Below, in pieces: positions 28,857 to 36,153 of a stretch of 36,153 nt of DNA (the stretch's first letter is position 1; the number at the start of each line of letters is the position of its first letter). The stretch is taken from contig RBNJ01000229.1 of assembly GCA_003990765.1 (NCBI GenBank), positions 1 to 36,153 on the forward strand. The letters are read 5' to 3'. The notes beneath the pieces were generated by a model, which had not been told where the DNA came from, ran no database searches, and saw only the letters and a list, made by a program, of their open reading frames with translations. This stretch comes from Jimgerdemannia flammicorona (taxonomy: Eukaryota). The translations under genes were made by a program, and so were the position numbers.

Positions 28857-29195
28857 ATGGGTCCCAAGCGAGCTACCACCTCACAAATCACGTCAGAGAA
28901 GGCATCTAAGAAGCCCAAATCGTCCACAGAGGAGACCAAAAAGCCGGCGAGGGCCGCGAAGAAGGGGAAGAGTGAGGTATGCATGTCTTGGGAAGGGGGA
29001 AGTTTGGTTTGGGTTGCGGTAGGAATGTGATGGTGCGGGTTGGGGCTTGAGCGTGAGAGACGGGCGTGCAGTCGCCGGGGTTATAGTGGATTTCAGTGGT
29101 AAATTGGCAGAGTACCTACCCATCATGTTCGCTACAAGTATCATCTGCGTTCTTTCCCAATATCCACCGCCTCACCCGGCTCTCTCCCGTTTCCT

Positions 29196-29228
<33 letters not shown>

Positions 29229-29602
29229 CATAGCCCAAACAAATCGCCGCTCAACCACCTCCCGCCACGAGCGCCACACCGATCCCGAGCGCGACGACCT
29301 TCCTCTCGCAAGCGAAACCGATGCACCTGAAACTGTACCGGGGATCTAAGTCGTCGTCGTCGTTTGAACGCGACCTTATCTACGTCCTGGATGCCAACCC
29401 CAAGCGCATGACCACCGGCTCCTATGGCTGGTCCGCTACGGGAAAGACGAAGATCCGTGTCGGCACCGACAGAGAGGAGGCTGAAGTGCCCGTCCAGATC
29501 ACCGTCAATATCGTCGTGCCTGGAAGTAAGACCGGCACGGGGGAGGAGGTGGGCGAAGCCGAGAGAGAAAATGGGGAGGTTAAAGAAGGAGCGGAGGAGT
29601 AA
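28857..29602 (+). CDS. Small uncharacterised protein (~162 aa): Lys-rich N-terminus, PKxxxTGSYGWxxxGK...VQITVNIVVPGSK domain, acidic tail; exons 28857-28976, 29234-29602
   Basis: A phase-0 GTATGC...TAG intron containing a poly(A) run joins MGPKRATTSQ...KKGKSE to ORF 29321 in frame. Confidence 0.8.
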
Positions 29603-30029
29603 GTGTCGTGGCATGGTTGGGTTTGGGCATGGTATAATATTTAGCTTGGTTAGGGAAAGTGGTTTTTCTTTCTTTTCTTGAGGGACATGTATATATTAAA
29701 GACAATTGGGATATAACGGTACAGCTAATTTAAAATTACAGCTGCAGAGCCTGTTGCTCACATGGTTAAGTCTATCTCGCATGAAACGAAACGGTTATGC
29801 TGGTTGGATATATCTTGAATTCAAGTTACGGATGACTTGAGTCGGTCTCAGATAGACAGCATTGGCCATTACTAGTCACACCACCAAATCACCATATATC
29901 CAACCGGTGCTCCTAAGGCCCTAAGTAAAGAGGGATAATGTCGAAGACCAGGTGGAGTGTAGATAATTATAATTGTCTGCTGGAGCTGTTTCTGTGATTT
30001 GGGGGGGAGGGGGGAGGGGGGGAAGAGGG

Positions 30030-30300
30030 GGTCGCCAACTTCCCAGGCTGACCCTCCCCTCCTTGGAACGTAGAACATCACTGCCATCATAGTGTGTCAG
30101 CAGGGATACACTGCGCCTAACATAGCCAGATGTGCCTCGCGCGTACGGCTGCGTAAACTCAAAGAGTTTCGTTTTCGGGCAGGGGCATAAGTCATCCGGG
30201 AAATGAGGTTGTCGAGAACGAGACCAAGGCGAAAAGGTCGAGAGCAGATTGAGGTCATCAAGGTCATTGGTGACCATGATGCAAATCTCCGAATCTTTGC
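30030..30300 (-). pseudogene. Third, most decayed copy of the 2OG-Fe(II) dioxygenase-like module
   Basis: MAVMFYVPRRGGSAWEVGD matches the motif in the copies at 32.4 and 32.7 kb, then breaks into a C-rich tract. Confidence 0.5.
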
Positions 30301-32030
30301 CAAGTGGGAGGGTCGTTCCTTGCAACTGAACCGGCCAAAGATTGGTCGTTGGCGCGTTCAATAGCCTGACAATTAACATTTGGGGGAACATGTTGAGGGC
30401 TGTGTAGACACAAGTTCGTTCCAGGATCTCGTACTGCCAGTCTCTTCTGGTGCTTGAGCCTGTGCTTGAGCCTGTGCTTGAGCAAGAGGGGGAGGGGGCA
30501 TTCTTTCTTGCTTTGCATCACGGTTTTTGCTAATAACAAGGTTTCAGACTTGACTTGCGCCGTAGAGATTTCTGCAATCAGCTCACCATGCTCAGTTATG
30601 ACTCAGTTTTTGACGCTATCGAAAATGCCGGCTGGCTGGAGTACGCGACAGGCCGTGCTAAATATAAAACATGCCATGTTTTGATGGGTACTTTGGTACC
30701 ACTAACGCTAAGCAGTTTTCCTTTCAGTTGAGACGCTGGGCGGGGCTGCAGCTGAACGACCTCAAAGTCATCAGACGTAGAAACTGAGCTTGAATCTATC
30801 AGCACACTTCCCAAAATGTTAGGCTTCTACAACCATATTATAGACGAGCCTAGCAAAACTATGCATTTGAATGCGACATGCACGCGATACGGGCAGGTGG
30901 GCGATCCCAGTTTGTGTTGGCCGCGGGTCAAGGGTAAGCCACTATGGCAGGTATTTGACGGACGTGGTGGCATATCGACAGAGACAAGTAGAGCCAGATG
31001 TGAGTTGGTTGACCCTCCACCTTCTTCTTCCTTGCAAACGCCAGACTCTTGCAACGAAGTTCTGGTGTCCATACAACGAAAGGAGAAGAGGAAGTCTTGC
31101 GTGTGTGTGCGCATAGTGGCTATCGTCGTCGATGAATAGCTCGAAATATGCACGTCTCCCCCATGCATCGAGTCCAAAAACACTCGCAATGTTGTGGCGT
31201 GGAACGGCTTTGCTGGATCCAGTTGCCTTGAGAAAGGATTGCGGTGCTCCTTGGCTATCAACACGGATTTCGAGTATATTCTTCATTTTACCCATACCAC
31301 CTTGCCTGCGGATTTCCTTTGGTTGTGGATGTGTGGGCGTCCTCCATGATATTCTAGGTCATGTTGGATTTGATAGTATCCATCCATTCAGCATCTCCTG
31401 ATATCTCGCTAGCCAATCACGTACTCGTAGTCTCGTCAATTTTGACGCCCCGAATCCAGACAAACGTTCGCGAGGCCCGGGACGGCAGGAGAAGCACGAC
31501 GAAAAATAAGATGCAACGAGGTTCCCTATCAAACTGTTCAAAGGTAGCTTGTTTAAGTGGGGCAAGACTTCCCAGGCGCCTAGCGGTGGGACCGTACATG
31601 CACCTGGAAAATCCGAATCTGCATGTTCCATCGGTTTCGTCGCACCGGTCAACGGCCATTTCGCCAGTCGTACAGGTGCCAGCTCGCATCTTGTGAATAG
31701 GACCTCTAAACCCTCGGATCCCATGGTGTATTCCTCTCATGTCGCATTCCTTGTTCAACCCCGCCTCTCCCGGTACGTTGATCCCGCGGGGTGATGCCTT
31801 CTATCCAATCTCTCGAGTACAGAGGACGAAGTCATTCGTGTTCTGTTGGGCTGCTTTCGTGTACGGAATTGTCTGAGAGGACTTTGACGATGAATTTGTC
31901 AAATTCCATTTCAATTCTCATCACCCACATCCTCTGCCTCTGTTCACCTTCCTGTATAAGTCTCGTCCTATCTTGTTCTTCGTCCCCCTTCTCAATCTCC
32001 TCATCTTCATCTGGATCCGTCTCACACATT
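30300..32030 (-). pseudogene. Decayed coding-like sequence of unknown identity between the dioxygenase-like copies
   Basis: Overlapping 65-156-aa minus-strand ORFs in alternating frames, an acidic stretch (DPDEDEEIEKGDEEQD) and a 12-bp tandem repeat at 30451-30483. No recognisable motif and no consistent splicing. Confidence 0.3.
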
Positions 32031-32289
32031 TTAAAATCCTAATATGTTGCATTATAAATGTTCACTTATGTTATACAATTCATGTCTACATGCCTCTTCA
32101 ACGTCATCATCATAGCCTCGGCACTATGCCCTTGGCTTTTCCAGAGCTTTCAATCCTCCGGATGGAGGACTCATCTTTGCGGTCGACGGTGTTGAGTAAC
32201 TTTTTACTTGAAGTTGCTGAGTAGAATAATATGGCTTGTTCCAGCCCGGTGTGGGAAGAACGCCAGGATGAACCGGACAAATCCAAGTC

Positions 32290-32455
32290 GAGAAATCGGA
32301 CGAACACGAGTCTTCCAGGAACCCGACCGGCGGAAGAGCGCTACTGTGTTTGATAAGAAAGGGACGCCAAACCCATATGTGAGGTTATACCACACCTCGT
32401 CGCCAAGCCGCCAGGCAGGCCCCTTCCTCACTGGAACGTAGAAAATAACAGGCCC
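32290..32455 (-). pseudogene. Second copy of the dioxygenase-like C-terminal module
   Basis: IFYVPVRKGPAWRLGDEVWYNLTYGFGVPFLSNTVALF; the distal HGT motif is lost. Confidence 0.6.
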
Positions 32456-32518
32456 AGTCCTTGCAATGCAAGCTTGGCGAGCATTTGTCCGTCAAGCAAA
32501 CAATTTTGAGGATGACAT

Positions 32519-33170
32519 CTAGTCCCAGGTCATAATAAGCCTGTCGTCCGTTGTAAGTGCGACAACGGTTGTGTCCGAGCTCTCTTCAAAGGCAACAGTG
32601 CCATGGAAATCGTGCAGCTGGAATAAGACTGCCGTGTTGGCTGCAAACGGGACCCCGAAGCCATAGGTGAGATCATACCAGACACCTCCACTGCTCTCCC
32701 AAGTGGGGCCCTTCCTATCCGGGACGTAGAACATCACCGAAGTGACGTTGGTCAGTCCAGGCTAGCAAGGTCGAGGGAGACTTGGTGCGCATGTCACGGA
32801 GTCGACGGACGTTTTCTCCATATTGTCTGTATTTGAAATACCATAACTCCTGTTTTTGTCAATCTTGGCCACCTTTTTTTCCCACTTGCGATCTTCAAGC
32901 CGGGCACATCGTTGAACTTCTGCATGGCCTCACTTCGCGTGAGGTCCGTGCGTTCTTTTAAAGTCGAGTTGAAGACTGCGAGCGAGAATTTATTCAAGTC
33001 GAAGGGATGAAAATCCAATCTGAGTGGAGTCGGCTGGTGGTCGCTGGCCGGATCACTGCGTGGGGTACGGGCCCGACTTCAGCAAACCCAAATCTGCACG
33101 ATCCCACTTCGCGTAGGGTCTGTGCATCCTTTAAGGTTGAATTGAAGGCCGCGCGTAGCACTTGCCGAGT
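32519..33170 (-). pseudogene. 2OG-Fe(II) dioxygenase-like (TET/JBP-like) pseudogene fragment
   Basis: VMFYVPDRKGPTWESSGGVWYDLTYGFGVPFAANTAVLFQLHDFHGTV resembles the last strands of a double-stranded beta-helix with a distal His. Upstream GLKIASG..DKNRSYG is frameshifted in an A-run. FNSTLK segment duplicated (~32930-32985 and ~33100-33160). No intact HxD motif seen. Confidence 0.5.
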
Positions 33171-33654
33171 CCTGGGAAGTCGGCTCCGAGCTGAGGCGGC
33201 AGGTCGACTGCGGCTCGGTGCGGAAGGGCGGAGGAGTTCCTGTGAGCTCCGTTTCATGTGTGGGTATAGCAGAAAGCCTAGCGAGAAAAGAAGAGAGGTG
33301 AATCGTTAGCACTGATTGAAGGTCATGTTTTGTTTTATGAAAACAGCCTTTCAACCCCGTTTCATGTTTCTTCAATGCCGTTTTCTACTTTATATTCGCA
33401 CCTCCAGACTTCTCATAAGTCCCTCTACCTTCTGCTTCTTCCGAGTGTAAGCGAGCATTGCGCTTCTGCTTGTTGCTCGTTCCTTCTTCGCCATCGGCTT
33501 TCTGCATAGCTAACCCGGTTCTCGTTCTGTTATATCGCACTCGCGGAGCGACGAAGACCGCGAAGCACCGCGCGAGAGGGCCTAGTCGGTGTGTAGTGCC
33601 CATCGCGCGCAGTAGAGGGTTTGTGCGTGTGGCTCCCTGATAGTGTTGACTCAC

Positions 33655-33692
33655 ACCTTCGCGTCGGAGGGTCAACCTTCGCGTCGGAGGGT
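33655..33692 (+). repeat. Short tandem duplication ACCTTCGCGTCGGAGGGT x2 (20-bp period)
   Basis: Seen directly. Confidence 0.85.
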
Positions 33693-34702
33693 GCGCCATG
33701 GCATGCGCCCCACCGACAAATGAAAGGACCACTCGGAGCAGGGAGGGGAGACCCTTGGCAACCCCGCGCGGTAGGACCGAGCCCGCGTGTTCGAGAATGT
33801 CGAAACCCCCACGAAGTGGGTCGTAAAGTGGAATTAGAAGGATTTGTGGCACCTGAAGCGAAAATGGGAAGGAGGAGACGAAGGAAATGAAGGTATGTAT
33901 GGTTGCGAGAATAGGGTGAGAGGAGGGAATTTACACAGTTTGCGGGCGAACTGTAAAAGTCGTGACGCGGGCGTCGTGAGCGTGAACGGGCGGGAACAAG
34001 TTGTATATGCCATGTGTTGGGTGCGTGGACAAAGATTCGGTAATATGCACTACACAATGGGTGCGCTCGGACAAGGTTGCGGAACCTGTTGGAAACGGGG
34101 ACTTGGGGGTTTTTCGAGACAAACAGCGGGAACGAAAACAACGAAAAGTAAAAACGGCAAATTGTCTTCACACTGCGCGCACGGGCTTTGTCAGCGGAAC
34201 GCGTTGAGCATGGAGCCGGGGTTTTCGGTAGACCCTTTTCCCTACTAAACAAAGTGGATGGACAAAGTAAACGAAGACAGCAGCTGGTTTCCAACCTGAA
34301 CCTCACGCAAATCTGTCTCTGTCTCCACATCGGGTAAACATCCGACGGACGCATGCGCGATGCAACTCCTCCCCAACATCAATTACACGAAAGCTCAAAA
34401 AAAAAAAAAAAAAAAAAAGGTGAAATAAGGCCGACAGCAGACACTCCTGCAGTTTGCGCGCACTAATTTCTTTTAGTGTATTTCCTCTCCGAGATTATAC
34501 TCGGAAATTCCCGCACAACGTACGCGACTCCTAATCTAGCTACCAAATGTACATCTGACGAATATACCCCAATAATCCCTCTTCTACATACATCGTGTCA
34601 CACGCTCTCCTTCACCCACAACAATAATTCATTAATCGTCTTCCAAATCGACATTCAAGCCCCCCAAAAACCGTATACCGATTGTCATACGACGCATCAC
34701 GC

Positions 34703-35358
34703 TTACTTGGCCACCTTGTACTGCGACAGAGGGAACAGGACCTTGCGCGATGTCACAACCACAAAGTCTGCACCGCCCTTGGTCAGCTCCTGGAGGTCAC
34801 GGGTAATTTTGGGTTCCTGAGTGGGGTGGAGGCGGATTGAGAAAAATAATAGCGGAGTCGAGTGAGGGCTGGAGCGCCCGGCCGTCATGTTTACCAGCCA
34901 GACACGCTCCTCAAAGTTTCAGCTACGTGCGCGCACTACAAGCGCGTTCGCACCTTCGCACATTTCGTCCACACACACACGCAAAAATAAAAAATAAAAA
35001 TAGAATCACCTCCTCTCCGATCCACTTGTCGAGGCTCCCCTTCTCAGCGACCTCGTACAGGACGGTATAGTAGCGGTGTACGCGGTCGGGCTGCCGGTTG
35101 TCAATGTCACCTTCCAGGCCCTTGGGGTCACGCACATAAACTACTGTACGCAAAAAGCCTGTAACACTGCGCATCTCGTCAGCGTGCGACGTCATGAAGG
35201 CGCTGAATTCCTCGTCGATCTCTGTTGGTGGGAAGGGGGAGGTGAGCAGGTGGTTGTTTGTTGGGGAGAAAAAAGAAAAAAAAGAAAAAGTGTGTACCAA
35301 GGGCGACGGTGATGTTAACTTCGTAGACGATGGGGAGGAGCTTTGCGATGGCAGACAT
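34703..35358 (-). CDS. DUF4286-like small dimeric alpha/beta-barrel protein (~128 aa); exons 35358-35298, 35221-35010, 34816-34703
   Basis: Spliced product: IVYEVNITV..EIDEEFSAFMTSHADEMRSVTGF...YYTVLYEV....SLDKWIGEEEPKITRDL.....VVVTSRKVL, the pattern I recognise as DUF4286. Both introns are GT-AG and in phase. Confidence 0.78.
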
Positions 35359-35572
35359 GGGTACGGTGGTGTTTCGAGCGAAGAGAGGTGTGTGCCTTTG
35401 GGTTGTTGGCGGTTGGCGGGTTGGTGGGTTGGCGGTTGGCGGTTGGCGGAGGCTTGGAGGAAAGACTGTCACATCAGAACTTGATCACACGTGGCCAACC
35501 ACTCCGAAAAAGGGGGCTGATCTATTGGGTTTTTTTTCTTTATGCTAAACCTTCCCCGCTCCCCTGCTCCCC

Positions 35573-36153
35573 ATGACAAATCAAGGTGACAACATACTAA
35601 CCCACCATCCCACCCACCATTCCCACTAACCAAACTGCTCATCCCGTTCGTCCCATTCCAGACCTCCTTGCCTACCTCTCCTTCGCTACCACCCTCGCTC
35701 GGGAGGCCGGCGCCATCATCCGGGACGCTCTGGACCGCCGCTTCCAGGGCGATGAAACGGGCACAAGCGTACTCGAAAAGTACCATAACCCATCGGATTT
35801 GGTCACGGAGACGGATCACGCTGTCGAGCGGTTCATTAAGGGGAGGATCGAGAAAGTGTATCCGGAGCATAAGTGGGTTGAGCGGCGTGCAGGGCGGGGT
35901 TTGTTTTTTGGGGTAGAGGAAGAGGAAGAGGAGAGTAATTATTGAAAGGGAACAATGTTTAATATGTATCTGTGCAATTGGCTGAGTAGATTCATTGGAG
36001 AAGAGACATTCGCGGCGGGAGGACGGATTGAGTTCACGGACGAGCCCACGTGGATCGTCGATCCGGTCGGTAAGTTACATTCCTCATTTGTTGACCTCTA
36101 CTAGCCATAACCGTCTCACCCCCTCACTTAATGCCCTTCTCCCCCCCCCCCCT
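35573..36153 (+). CDS. Inositol monophosphatase, 5' part only; exons 35573-35585, 35662-35872, 35990-36069, continuing beyond the window
   Basis: [44 protein letters not shown](D) IMPase signature. Intron 1 has ACTAAC branch sites. Confidence 0.92.

Noticed and set aside
33385..34354. Minus-strand ORFs of 155 and 274 aa upstream of the dioxygenase-like fragments
   Set aside because: No recognisable domain or consistent exon structure. They may be the 5' remnant of the decayed locus but cannot be supported as genes.

Overview
Eukaryotic, intron-rich fungal genomic DNA. A GH9 cellulase remnant and an HGDFHPGN-type TKL kinase suggest an early-diverging, Mucoromycota-like fungus; this is my inference, not something the window proves. 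About 1.35-6.85 kb is an AT-rich, essentially CpG-free block. It holds a piggyBac transposase (+) and a Ser/Thr kinase (-), both destroyed almost entirely by C>T/G>A transitions in CpG and CpA contexts (RIP-like). A gene-dense segment follows: Xaa-Pro peptidase (-), a frameshifted GH9 pseudogene (+), a large Pro-rich protein with 21-aa tandem repeats (+), BUD6/AIP3 (+), a membrane-anchored GH5 exo-1,3-beta-glucanase (+), a TKL kinase (-), HSP104 with a GC-AG intron (-) and a small basic uncharacterised protein divergent from HSP104 (+). At about 30-33.2 kb a decayed region carries three partial copies of a 2OG-Fe(II) dioxygenase-like (TET/JBP-like) module (-). The window ends with a DUF4286-like gene (-) head-to-head with an inositol monophosphatase (+) that runs off the right edge. 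Exon structures were built by hand from splice sites and frame continuity; family calls are motif recognition without database searches.
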